DNA from: Aeropyrum pernix K1
Lineage (GTDB): Archaea > Thermoproteota > Thermoprotei_A > Sulfolobales > Acidilobaceae
DNA length: 32,000 nt
NCBI RefSeq assembly: GCF_000011125.1
Contig: NC_000854.2
Location: forward strand, 480,001 to 512,000
Direction of reading: 5' to 3'
Of this stretch, positions 23,351-32,000 are shown piece after piece. A program made the translations under genes and the position numbers. Under the pieces are notes generated by a model. It did no database searches, was not told the DNA's origin, and was given only the letters and a program-made list of their open reading frames with translations. Position 1 is the stretch's first letter. Every line of letters starts with the position of its first letter.

Positions 23351-23668
23351 AAGCGTTCTCTATTGAGGAGTGGTCTGTGGCTAATAGCGTGGTGCTTTGC
23401 CTGTGGCCCGCGTTAGAGGTCAGGCCTATGGGCGGAGTACTCCGGAGGCTTGCACGGCCTCGACGGTTACTTCCACGCTTTTATCCTGTATTGAATGCGC
23501 GAGGCCCGGGGTGTTAGGCTTAGCTGCTCCTGTCCACTATTCGCGACGGGTCTGGCTTCAAGATAATGGTTTTCCAGAACCTGTAATAAAGTCGTTGGAG
23601 AGGGACGGGGTGCGAAGGGGAAACAGCAAGTAAAAGTTTCACAGGCTGGGCTGGAGGGCTATCGAGGG

Positions 23669-24637
23669 TTGGCTAGGATAGTTGTCGTTGGCGGTTTAGG
23701 CTATGTGGGCGTCAATATAGCCCCTGCGTTGGCGGATCTGGGCGAGCTGGTTGTTGTGTATAGGGGTGTAGTGGGGGGGTTTAGGCGTGTTATAGCGTCG
23801 AGGCTAGAGTCCCTGGGCGCCAGGCTTGTCAGGATAGACGCCCCCATGACGGCTGATGAGCTGGAGCGGCTTGGGGGCGATGTTTACATACATCTGGCTG
23901 GCAAGATCTCCGGGGGGTATAGGGTCCAGTGGGAGTCCCATGTCGGCCTCCTCGAGGCTATAGTGGAGGCTGCCGGGCGCATCGGCTCCAGAGTTGTGTA
24001 TACGAGCAGTGTACTGGCCTACGGTAGGCTCGAGGACCTCCCGCCCGGGTCTCTGGTCTATGAGGAGGACGAGCACCTATCTGGCAGGCGCTGGTGGAGG
24101 TCCTACCACGCCAGGACGAAGGCGGAGGGGGAGAGGCTGCTAGTCTCCAGCTCGCGGAGGCTTGGAGGGAGGTTCTCCATAGTCAGGCCTGGCCTTGTGG
24201 TGGGTTCCCACGCCTATCATAGGGAGTGGAGCATGCTCTTCAGGCTCTCGAGACTCGGCCTATACCCACGCCTCGACTACACCGTCAACTACGTCTCCTC
24301 CAAGGCCCTGAGGGAGGTTTATAGGAGGGCTGTCACAGGCGGTCTAGACGGGAAGTGGGTTCACGCAGTTTCCTACCACGCCCCCTACCGAGAGGCGGCC
24401 ATGCTGGTATGCACCCGCCTGAGGGGCGGTTTGTGTAGGGGGCTCCCGGTCAAACCCCTGTTCTCCCTGGCTGGCAGGCTTGCGCCACCATCTACAGCCC
24501 TATCGGCCTCGTGGGAGGGCGTCAGCAACGGCTACATATTCAAGTCGAGATACGGCGTCCCCGTCGACGGGAGCCTCGAGGAGGCTTTCAGCGAGCTTCT
24601 AGAGTGGCTAGCAGGCGGGGGCCCGAGCGCCTCCTAG
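23669..24637 (+). CDS. NAD-dependent epimerase/dehydratase (extended SDR)
   Basis: IVVVGGLGYVGVNIAPAL, YIHLAGKISGG, VVYTSSVLAYG, SYHARTKAEGERL, SIVRPGLVVG. Confidence 0.88.
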   Translation: MARIVVVGGLGYVGVNIAPALADLGELVVVYRGVVGGFRRVIASRLESLGARLVRIDAPMTADELERLGGDVYIHLAGKISGGYRVQWESHVGLLEAIVEAAGRIGSRVVYTSSVLAYGRLEDLPPGSLVYEEDEHLSGRRWWRSYHARTKAEGERLLVSSSRRLGGRFSIVRPGLVVGSHAYHREWSMLFRLSRLGLYPRLDYTVNYVSSKALREVYRRAVTGGLDGKWVHAVSYHAPYREAAMLVCTRLRGGLCRGLPVKPLFSLAGRLAPPSTALSASWEGVSNGYIFKSRYGVPVDGSLEEAFSELLEWLAGGGPSAS

Positions 24638-25327
24638 GACGCGCTGTATTATCTCTAGGGTCCCCCGAGCCCCGGGACTCCTGGCAACTATCTTGGCAGC
24701 CCTCTTGGCCTGCTCCGCCGCATCGCCGGGGGCCCCCGAGTAGCCTGCCCTGGCCAGGACCTCCACATCGTTCTCCCCGTCGCCTATGGCGAGGACCTCG
24801 CTCCAGCCAGCCCCAATCCTGGCGAGGACCTCGCCAACACCGCGTGCCTTGCCTCCCCCGGGGGGCTGTATGTGTAGGGCGTAGCCGGACCATATCGCCC
24901 TATAGCCCTCCTCCTCAGCTATGGCTGAAGCCCTCTCAACAATCCCGGGGGCGGCCTTCACCGGTATAAGGCTGTACTCGTGGTACCTATACTCGTTCTG
25001 CCAGCTAGGCTTGAACCCAAGCTCCATGATCCTCTTCACCAGGCCTTCGGGGGGCCTGCCTGAGCATATGTGAACCCTCTCGCCGCCAACCACAGCCACG
25101 CAACCGTTCTCCGCCACAACAGGCCCCTCAAGGCCTAGATAGACGGCGACGCCCCTGGCTACTGGGAGGCTGTTGCCTGTCATCAGTATAGATGTGACTC
25201 CCAGGTCGTTGAGGAGTCTGGCCACGGCTATACTACACCCGTCCAGCCTGGCAGCGCCCCTCCTCTCCGTGAGGGTGCCGTCTATATCGAGAGCCGCCAC
25301 CCTAACGCTGCCAGCCAGCCCCTGCAT
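24608..25327 (-). CDS. Phosphoglycolate phosphatase (archaeal HAD type)
   Basis: VAALDIDGTLT, MTGNSLPVA, VVAENG, VLAIGDGENDVEVLARAGYSGAPGDA. Confidence 0.9.
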   Translation of the reverse strand: MQGLAGSVRVAALDIDGTLTERRGAARLDGCSIAVARLLNDLGVTSILMTGNSLPVARGVAVYLGLEGPVVAENGCVAVVGGERVHICSGRPPEGLVKRIMELGFKPSWQNEYRYHEYSLIPVKAAPGIVERASAIAEEEGYRAIWSGYALHIQPPGGGKARGVGEVLARIGAGWSEVLAIGDGENDVEVLARAGYSGAPGDAAEQAKRAAKIVARSPGARGTLEIIQRVLGGARAPAC

Positions 25328-25444
25328 AACACCGCACCCCAGGACACCAGTGTGTGTCTACACCGGGGGTATTAGAAGACTCTGCATCATTTGGGTTAAG
25401 CTATTTCCTCCCAGCCCTCACGAGGGAAGGGGGGTGGATATGCG

Positions 25445-26389
25445 TTGGCGGGCGGCTCGGAGAAGAGCGTGTTTTTGAAGTGGAGCTGGTTCCTCGAGTG
25501 GCTCACTCCCGATAGGGCCACGCTCAAGCATATTGAGGATGTCATTTTCCAGGGTAGGAGCAGGTTCCAGGAGATAGCTGTTGTGAGGGTGAGCGGCGAG
25601 GGCAAGGTCCTAGTGCTCGACGGTAAGACCCAGTCGAGCGAGTCGGACGAGTTCATGTATCACGAGGCGCTGGTGCACCCCGCCATGATTCTCCACGGCA
25701 GCCCGAGGAAGGTCCTCATACTCGGGGGCGGCGAGGGCGCTACACTGCGCGAGGTCCTCAAGCACAGGAGTGTGGAAAAGGCTGTTATGGTTGATATAGA
25801 TGAGACTGTGGTAAACGTTGCCAGGGAGCATCTACGCGAGTGGCATAGGGGCGCCTTCGACGATCCGAGGGCTGAGGTTGTCATAGACGACGCTTGGAAC
25901 TATGTCGCCAGCAAGGCCGAGACCGGGTTCGACGTGGTAATAGCAGACCTCGTAGACCCGCTTGAGGCGGGGCCGGCCACCAGGCTTTACTCGGAGGAGT
26001 ATTATAGGATGGTTAAGGATGTCATGAACCCCGGGGGTGTTTTCGTCACCCAGGCTGTGAGCATATCCCACCTGACGGAGTACCACGCAATAATAAGGAA
26101 CACCGTGGCCAGGGTATTCAAGCACGTGGAGAGCTACGGCGTCTACGTACCCAGCTTCGATAGCATGTGGGGCTTCGTCGTGGCGAGCGACGACAAGGAC
26201 CCCCGCATCCTCGGCGACAGGGGGTTCTTCGAGACAAGGCTCTCACACCAGCTGCAGGGAGCCGAGCTCAGGTTCCTCGACTACGCTTCCATGCTACACA
26301 TGCTCAACATACCGAAGATGTACAGGGAGGCTATAGCTAGGGAGAAGAGGTATGCGACTCTCGACAACCAGGTGTTCCTCCCCGCGTAG
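25445..26389 (+). CDS. speE: Polyamine aminopropyltransferase (spermidine synthase family)
   Basis: FQEIAVVRVSGEGKVLVLDGKTQSSESDEFMYHEALVHPAM, ILGGGEGATLREVLKH, MVDIDETVV, VIADLVDPLEAGPATRLYSEEYY. Confidence 0.92.
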   Translation: MAGGSEKSVFLKWSWFLEWLTPDRATLKHIEDVIFQGRSRFQEIAVVRVSGEGKVLVLDGKTQSSESDEFMYHEALVHPAMILHGSPRKVLILGGGEGATLREVLKHRSVEKAVMVDIDETVVNVAREHLREWHRGAFDDPRAEVVIDDAWNYVASKAETGFDVVIADLVDPLEAGPATRLYSEEYYRMVKDVMNPGGVFVTQAVSISHLTEYHAIIRNTVARVFKHVESYGVYVPSFDSMWGFVVASDDKDPRILGDRGFFETRLSHQLQGAELRFLDYASMLHMLNIPKMYREAIAREKRYATLDNQVFLPA

Positions 26390-26412
26390 CACGTGAAACA
26401 CGGGGGGGTTCC

Positions 26413-27420
26413 ATGGGGTTGGAGGACCTCTACCTATCATGGCCCAAATGGTTCTCGGAAGCCCTCGCCAGGTACAGCAGCCTGGAGGGGGCTCTAGAGG
26501 GGGTTGAAGAGATATACTACTGCGGCATGGGGGGTAGCGGGGCGGCCGGAGACTACATAGAGGCGCTGCTAAGCATCTACGCCCCCCAGGGGCCGGAGTT
26601 TAGGGTTGTCAAGGACTTCAGGCCCCCCCGGCCCCCGCGCCACAGGGGATACGGCCTGGTTTTGGCGAGCTACTCCGGGAACACCCTAGAGACGGTGGAG
26701 TGCGGGTCCCTCCTATCCCCCGCCGCTGGCAGGGTAGTAGCCGTAACCTCCGGGGGGCGCCTCCTCGAGATGGCCAAGGAGAGGGGCTGGCTGGTAGCCC
26801 GCCTCCCCGGCGGGATACTGCCCCGCGTCTCGTTTCCGTGGATGCTGGCTGCGTCTACGGCGATGCTGTCAGGGGCTCTGGGGGTAGACCTCGAGGCCCT
26901 CAAGCGGCTCGCCGGGGGGCTCGACACCCAGGGCCTCAAAGGCGAGGCTGAGAGGCTTGCAGGCTTCATATCGAGATACAGGATAGCAAGCCTCGTCACA
27001 TGCGGCCCGGGAATCCCGCTGGCTGTCAGGCTTAAGAACGAGCTGGCCGAGAACGCTAAGATGCCTTCGAGGCTCGAGATATACCCAGAGTCCAGCCACA
27101 ACGACATTGTCGCGCTGGAGGCCGCCGAGGGCCTCTACGGGGCTGTCTTCATATGGATCGAACACGAGGGCAGCCTGTGCCCGGCGGTGCTCGACGTTGT
27201 CGAAGGGATATACAGGGAGTACGGGGTAGACACCATCAGCATAGAATCCAGCGCGCGGGGAGGCCCCAACGCCACGGTGGCCGAATACCTTTCAAGAACC
27301 CTCGTCTTCGGGCTGGCGAGCGTGAGGCTCGCCCTAATGAGGGGCTTCAACCCCGAGGAGACGCCGCCTATAGATAAGTATAAGAGAAGGCTCGGGGAAG
27401 CGCTGCGCAGCCAAGCATGA
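26413..27420 (+). CDS. Bifunctional phosphoglucose/phosphomannose isomerase
   Basis: YCGMGGSGAAGDYIEAL, GLVLASYSGNTLETVECG, GGRLLEMA, YPESSHNDIVALE. Confidence 0.9.
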   Translation: MGLEDLYLSWPKWFSEALARYSSLEGALEGVEEIYYCGMGGSGAAGDYIEALLSIYAPQGPEFRVVKDFRPPRPPRHRGYGLVLASYSGNTLETVECGSLLSPAAGRVVAVTSGGRLLEMAKERGWLVARLPGGILPRVSFPWMLAASTAMLSGALGVDLEALKRLAGGLDTQGLKGEAERLAGFISRYRIASLVTCGPGIPLAVRLKNELAENAKMPSRLEIYPESSHNDIVALEAAEGLYGAVFIWIEHEGSLCPAVLDVVEGIYREYGVDTISIESSARGGPNATVAEYLSRTLVFGLASVRLALMRGFNPEETPPIDKYKRRLGEALRSQA

Positions 27421-27484
27421 GGAGCACCCGGGGGTCCTGGAGGAGAAACCTTTACCTAATAACCATAACCCAATATGATAGTTT

Positions 27485-28675
27485 ATGGAGGAGTGGGCTG
27501 AGGCGGGGTTTACAGGCGGGTTGGCCAGCGCGGTATCTGGGCAGAGGCAGGTAGGCAGTGAGCTGGAGGAGAAGGCGGGTAGAGCGCTGGTTATCGTTGT
27601 CGACCTGGATGACGATGTCGGCGAGACCCTTGGGGAGAGCGTTATAGTCGGCTATGATAGGGTTCTCGAGGCTGCGGTGAGGTTCGCGATAGAGAGGCCC
27701 GACGACGCCGACGCCAACACCATGTTCGCAGGCCTCAGACTCTATAGGAAGCTTAAGGGCGAGTACGGTGATGTGGAGATTGCTGTCGTGGGTGGTAGCA
27801 GGAGGCTGGGTGTCGAGGCTCAGAGGAACCTCAGGGAGAGGGTTGCGAGTATAGTGTCGGAGATGGGGCCGGACGTCGACATCTATATAGTGGGCGACGG
27901 CGGTGAGGAGGCCCTGGCGAGCCATATACTTCGGGGTGTGGGTAGGGTTGCCGGTATAGAGAGCGTTATAGTATCGCAGCACCTGGGGATAGAGTCCAAC
28001 TACATGCTAATAGCAAAGTATCTCAGGAAAGCCGTCACAGACCCGCACTACTCCACCCTAGTCCTCGGCGTCCCCGGCCTTGTGATAAGCGTGGCTGCAC
28101 TCCTAATGCTGGCCGGCTTCTTCTCACTCGCCCTCAAAATCTCCCTCCTCATAGTAGGGCTGGCCATGGTGGTCTACGGTTTCAAGCTTGACGACACTGT
28201 GAGGACCTCCCTCCAGAGCTTCGTAGAGGAGCTGAGGGAGGCTCCACATATAAGGCTGGGCGGGCTTGCCGTTATGACCCTCCTCCTGCTCCTGGGGGTT
28301 TCTCTGACTTACATAAGCTATGTAAGCGAGGGCGCAACCTCGGCTATAGTCTCGCTTCTAACCTACACAATACCCCTCTCAATGGCGGGGGTGATGATGT
28401 ACATAATAATATCCCGCATAATAGTAGGTGCCACTGAGGGGAGGGTCGACCTCTCGAAGAACATAGCCATGCTAAGCATGCTAGGTTTCACTGCCCTAGC
28501 ATTCTACGACCTAGGCGCCTCCCTGAGGCTGGTGCTCGAGTCGGGCCAGCCGGTCATAGCTAATGTTATAGACGCCGTGGCCAGTTCCCGATTCATACAG
28601 TACATAATAGTCGGGACCGGGCTGGCCAGCCTGACGGAGCTCATATCCAGGGCCCTCAGGGAGGCTAGGGAGTAG
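27485..28675 (+). CDS. DUF373 family membrane protein
   Basis: ALVIVVDLDDDVGETLGE..GYDRVLEAAVRFAIERPDDADANTMFAGLRLYRKL, IVSQHLGIESNYMLIAKYL, DPHYSTLVLGVPG, then multiple TM segments. Confidence 0.85.
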   Translation: MEEWAEAGFTGGLASAVSGQRQVGSELEEKAGRALVIVVDLDDDVGETLGESVIVGYDRVLEAAVRFAIERPDDADANTMFAGLRLYRKLKGEYGDVEIAVVGGSRRLGVEAQRNLRERVASIVSEMGPDVDIYIVGDGGEEALASHILRGVGRVAGIESVIVSQHLGIESNYMLIAKYLRKAVTDPHYSTLVLGVPGLVISVAALLMLAGFFSLALKISLLIVGLAMVVYGFKLDDTVRTSLQSFVEELREAPHIRLGGLAVMTLLLLLGVSLTYISYVSEGATSAIVSLLTYTIPLSMAGVMMYIIISRIIVGATEGRVDLSKNIAMLSMLGFTALAFYDLGASLRLVLESGQPVIANVIDAVASSRFIQYIIVGTGLASLTELISRALREARE

Positions 28676-28747
28676 CCGCTTAAAGACCCTCCCGGTCGAA
28701 TACCGTCTAGGAGGGCTTACGGTCTCCTAAACCAGAGGTGTCTAAAG

Positions 28748-29086
28748 GTGGTTTTCCTCCGCGAGAAGGAGGGGCCCTCGGGGGGCTCCGGGAGGAGGAT
28801 AATCCTCTGGCCAGCCTACTTCGACTCGACGCTCCCCCGCAGGCTGGGCCGCCGCGTCCCCCGGGACATGGGGGTCCCCTCCCCGAAGCCTGAGGACGTA
28901 GCGGAGGCTGCGAGGAGAGCGGGGTTTGAGGCTGTTGTGGAGGAGTCAAGCTATCCCAGGCTGTGGTGGAGGGTGAGGAGGAGGATAGTAGTCCTGGCTC
29001 CCGAGGATGTAAGCAAGACGGATATAATAAAGGCGGTGGCTACGGAGCTCAGGAAGATAGCAGCAGCCAGGAGGAAGCGGAGCTAA
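28748..29086 (+). CDS. Signal recognition particle protein SRP19
   Basis: RRIILWPAYFDSTLPRRLGRRVPRDMGVPSPKPEDVAEAARRAGFEAVVEESSYPRLWWRVRRRIVV. Confidence 0.9.
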   Translation: MVFLREKEGPSGGSGRRIILWPAYFDSTLPRRLGRRVPRDMGVPSPKPEDVAEAARRAGFEAVVEESSYPRLWWRVRRRIVVLAPEDVSKTDIIKAVATELRKIAAARRKRS

Positions 29087-29316
29087 TATTGTGGTCGAGG
29101 GCGTCTGGAGTCCGCGGTAATCTCTTCACACAGGCTCAGGTGGGGGCAAGTGTCTTCATCCGCCCAGGGGAACATGCTTACACCCCGAAGGGTAAAACTA
29201 TTGGGCCTTAGAAGTGTAGGATGGGATTATAGGAAGTGTGATGATTTACTCCCGGACCGAGCAATGCTGTGAGGACTACTTACCCGGCTGACAGTGCTTT
29301 GGGGGGTGTTTAGCGG

Positions 29317-29676
29317 TTGGACAACCCGGTCTGCGGCGAGGCCTGCGGTGCTGTGATGTCGATGCTCGAGAGTATGGGGTTCACCGTCTCAGTATCCAGA
29401 GAGAGCTATGCAACCCTCACGGGGGGTGTTGCCAGGAGGGATGTGGTTAGGGGTATTAGGACCTCGCCACAGCCCGCCAAGGTTTCAGTTTATCTAAGGG
29501 GGGACGGTTCGATTGGGAAGGTGCACATATTCGTCAGAGGCAGTCTAGGCGGCTCCCGTCTAGAGGCCCTGGAAGAAGCTGGAGCCTCGGTCGACGAGGT
29601 AGACGGGGACACTATAATAACCGTGAAGAAGCTGAGGCTCGAGGACCTCGGTGGTATACTTGCCATTGTGTTTTGA
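29317..29676 (+). CDS. Hypothetical protein
   Basis: 119-aa ORF; no recognised domain. Confidence 0.55.
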   Translation: MDNPVCGEACGAVMSMLESMGFTVSVSRESYATLTGGVARRDVVRGIRTSPQPAKVSVYLRGDGSIGKVHIFVRGSLGGSRLEALEEAGASVDEVDGDTIITVKKLRLEDLGGILAIVF

Positions 29677-30844
29677 CGGAGTACTGGCCCCCCGGGGGGG
29701 CGAGGTCCTCCAGCGCAGCGGCCCCCTCATATACTCCACACCAGGCTCCGCCCCCCTTCTCATAGACCTTAGGGGGCCCAAGCCTCCATGCGGTGTTAAG
29801 CTCGTCTGCGGCCCCTACGTCTACGGCGAAGGACTCGCTGCAGAGTTCCTCGGAGACCCCCCGAGCTTCTTCAAAGGAGACTACAATACACTCGGGCCGC
29901 CCGAGGGCTTGGAGGACGCTGATGCTGGCCGCGGCGGCTTCGTCGAGAACGCAGTCTTCAACCCATTCTCCTGGAGGCCCGTAATGCCTATCCCAGCGTC
30001 GATGCCGGGCTGTGTGGAGACGGAGTTCGGCCCTTACAGCCCGCCGAACCTGGATCCGGCGTCATCCAGCGAGGCCGGATTGAAGTGTGCCCAACCGCGT
30101 GGAGGCGGTGGCGAAGGGTCTGTGGATGCTGGAGGAGCGGTCTTAACCCTAAACTGGGTGCGGAGGATCGGCGGCCTCACCGTAGGCGGGTCGGAAGGCT
30201 TCACCGCCGTAGCCTCCGGGGACGCGGCCCTAATAATACCACACGGCAGCAGCGTCTCAGTCACCCTCCGCACCCCCGCAGCTTCATACAGGGTGGGTAT
30301 GCTCTATGGCCTGGCTTTTGAGGAGCCTGTGCTGGGTGGTGAGTATTTCGGCAACCTCATTGTGCTATCGGGCCCGGGGCTGGAGGTTTCTATAGCCTCG
30401 CCAGCCGGGGCCAGAGTGAGCCTCGCCCCCGGTGTTGTTGAGGTTTACACTCGAGAGGCCTTCGCCCTCGTAGGGGAAGGCGTCTCTAGGGGGTTCAAGG
30501 CCCTGGTTGAACTGCTGTACAGCTACAGCTTGCTCGACAGGGCTCCGGCCAGGATAGGTAACTTCTACTCTGTAAAGAGCTTCGCCTACATAACCAGGGT
30601 TGACGGCCGTGCTATAGAGTTTAAGGCGGCCGCCCTCAAGGGGGCTGGAGGCGGCACGGTCTACCTAAACCCGCCGTTCAGGAGTAGGCTGGTGAAGGTT
30701 GAGACGCTCCTCGGCGAGACTGAGATGCCCGGGGGGCCCAGGGTAAGCGTACCGGTTGCAGAGTGCGGCTGCGCGAGGGCTAGGATACACGCTAGCGGGG
30801 GCTTGCTAATGAGAATGGTGGAAAGGAGAGGGCCCGGCCTATAG
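29651..30844 (+). CDS. Hypothetical beta-rich protein; start uncertain
   Basis: 397-aa ORF, overlapping the 29317 ORF by 26 nt and converging with the PDO gene. Confidence 0.65.
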   Translation: MVYLPLCFDGVLAPRGGEVLQRSGPLIYSTPGSAPLLIDLRGPKPPCGVKLVCGPYVYGEGLAAEFLGDPPSFFKGDYNTLGPPEGLEDADAGRGGFVENAVFNPFSWRPVMPIPASMPGCVETEFGPYSPPNLDPASSSEAGLKCAQPRGGGGEGSVDAGGAVLTLNWVRRIGGLTVGGSEGFTAVASGDAALIIPHGSSVSVTLRTPAASYRVGMLYGLAFEEPVLGGEYFGNLIVLSGPGLEVSIASPAGARVSLAPGVVEVYTREAFALVGEGVSRGFKALVELLYSYSLLDRAPARIGNFYSVKSFAYITRVDGRAIEFKAAALKGAGGGTVYLNPPFRSRLVKVETLLGETEMPGGPRVSVPVAECGCARARIHASGGLLMRMVERRGPGL

Positions 30845-31570
30845 CTCCTCCGCCTCTCCAGCCCTTATGGGCCCCTTGACGGTTAGCCTACCCTCCGCCG
30901 CGCTCTTCACGTAGTCCAGGAAGTCCTCCTCGTAGGGCACGCCGACGAAGACTAGGTAGCCGTTTATCGCAATGCTAGGCACGCTCATGACCCCGTACTT
31001 GTCAGCTATATCCGGGTTCTCGTAGGCCTCCACCGCCTCCGAGAGTATGACGGGATTGCCCTGCTTCCACGCCTCATACGCGAACATGTGGGCGAGGAGC
31101 ACTGCGTAGGGGCAGTAGGGGCAGCTCGGCGTGATTATAGTCTCTATGTGAACCCTCCCCTTCAGGCTTTTTAAAGCCTCCTTCGTAGCGTCCTCAAGCC
31201 CTGACTCATCCTCGCTGAGCCTCATTATCACCTCGACTAGAGCCCTGATCTCCTCGCCAGCCGGTATGCCCGTCCACCTGACTTCGCCCCCCAGGAAGGC
31301 TACTGTGGGCACCCTCTCAACCTTAAACTCTGAAAACTTGTCACTATCGCTCTCCCTGTAGTATACGTTAAGCTTAAGCAGTTTCCCCCCATTCCTTGTA
31401 GGAGACTCCTCCTCGAAGAGCTTCATGAGGCGTAGCGTGTCCTCGCAGGTCTCGCACCCGCTCTTAGACAGGAAAACATGAACCTCGACAGGGTTCACCA
31501 TCTCGGCAAGCGTCTCCCTAAGCTCTCGCCTAAAGTCTTCCGACAGGTCAAGCACGTAATACCTAGCCAT
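30839..31570 (-). CDS. Protein disulfide oxidoreductase (two thioredoxin-fold units)
   Basis: SKSGCETCEDTLRL and TPSCPYCPYAVLLAHMFA; VPTVAFLG and VPSIAINGYLVFVG cis-Pro segments. Confidence 0.93.
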   Translation of the reverse strand: MARYYVLDLSEDFRRELRETLAEMVNPVEVHVFLSKSGCETCEDTLRLMKLFEEESPTRNGGKLLKLNVYYRESDSDKFSEFKVERVPTVAFLGGEVRWTGIPAGEEIRALVEVIMRLSEDESGLEDATKEALKSLKGRVHIETIITPSCPYCPYAVLLAHMFAYEAWKQGNPVILSEAVEAYENPDIADKYGVMSVPSIAINGYLVFVGVPYEEDFLDYVKSAAEGRLTVKGPIRAGEAEEL

Positions 31571-31793
31571 CGCCCATCTTCCTCCTCATTCACGCTATAT
31601 ATCAAAGCCCTAATCAAGCCATCTTATACCTAAAGGACTTATCTTTTGATATAGTAAAAACGGGTCTACGATGGTGGGCTCTCCGACTGGGACACTAGGG
31701 GGGCCCGGTATATAGGCAAGGATTTATAATGACTCTACGCACTTTTCTTAAACATGGGTTAAAGAGCGGCTCTTCTAAGCGGGATGGTGGGTC

Positions 31794-32000
31794 ATGCACC
31801 AGAAAATAGAACTACCCTGTGAATATGCAGCTAAGAATATATTCCCGTCGATACGTGCAAGCATAGCAAAGATACTAGTAGAGGAGTATAAGATGAGCAA
31901 GTATAGCGTTGCTAAGATGCTTGGCGCCACGCCGACTGCCGTTTCATACTATATATCCGGCAAAAGAGGTGAGAAGTTCGTCGACAGGATAATTCGCGAC
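31794..32000 (+). CDS. Helix-turn-helix transcriptional regulator, 3'-truncated by window end
   Basis: MHQKIELPCEYAAKNIFPSIRASIAKILVEEYKMSKYSVAKMLGATPTAVSYYISGKRGEKFVDRIIRD..., still open at 32000; TATA-like gatttataatg upstream. Confidence 0.75.
   Translation, partial: MHQKIELPCEYAAKNIFPSIRASIAKILVEEYKMSKYSVAKMLGATPTAVSYYISGKRGEKFVDRIIRD

Noticed and set aside
1-32000. CRISPR arrays
   Set aside because: No regularly spaced direct repeats with unique spacers of CRISPR size were seen; only short iterons at 680-756 and 23023-23062.

Overview
Crenarchaeal DNA, very probably Aeropyrum (SOD, intein-bearing KaiC-like ATPase and gene neighbourhood); this is inferred from sequence character, no database was searched. 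Positions 1 to about 12.0 kb look like the right-hand part of an integrated virus. Its right edge is a tRNA-Leu(UAA) gene on the minus strand that overlaps the 3' end of an SSV-type integrase N-terminal fragment. Its left edge and the integrase C-terminal part lie outside the window. Content and size resemble the known Aeropyrum pernix ovoid virus APOV1 provirus (inference). The provirus encodes several winged-helix regulators, exported or membrane proteins (candidate virion proteins), two basic proteins, a P-loop ATPase, and a GH99/WbsX-like glycoside hydrolase. The hydrolase's conserved N-terminus lies upstream of any canonical start codon. The remaining ~20 kb is mostly ordinary host sequence: acyl-CoA dehydrogenase, SOD, a KaiC-like ATPase interrupted by a 468-aa intein with a degenerate LAGLIDADG domain, NMD3, aIF1A, Rio1, a KH protein, an HIBADH-like dehydrogenase, a geranylgeranyl-reductase-like protein, a HEPN/MNT pair, phosphoglycolate phosphatase, an aminopropyltransferase, PGI/PMI, a DUF373 protein, SRP19, a protein disulfide oxidoreductase and an HTH protein. 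The best less-described candidates are the start-less viral GH99 frame, a strongly structured non-coding segment at 23.18-23.35 kb with its own TATA boxes and a 19-bp near-palindrome, operator-like repeats in the provirus regulator region, and several sub-60-codon ORFs missing from the ORF track.
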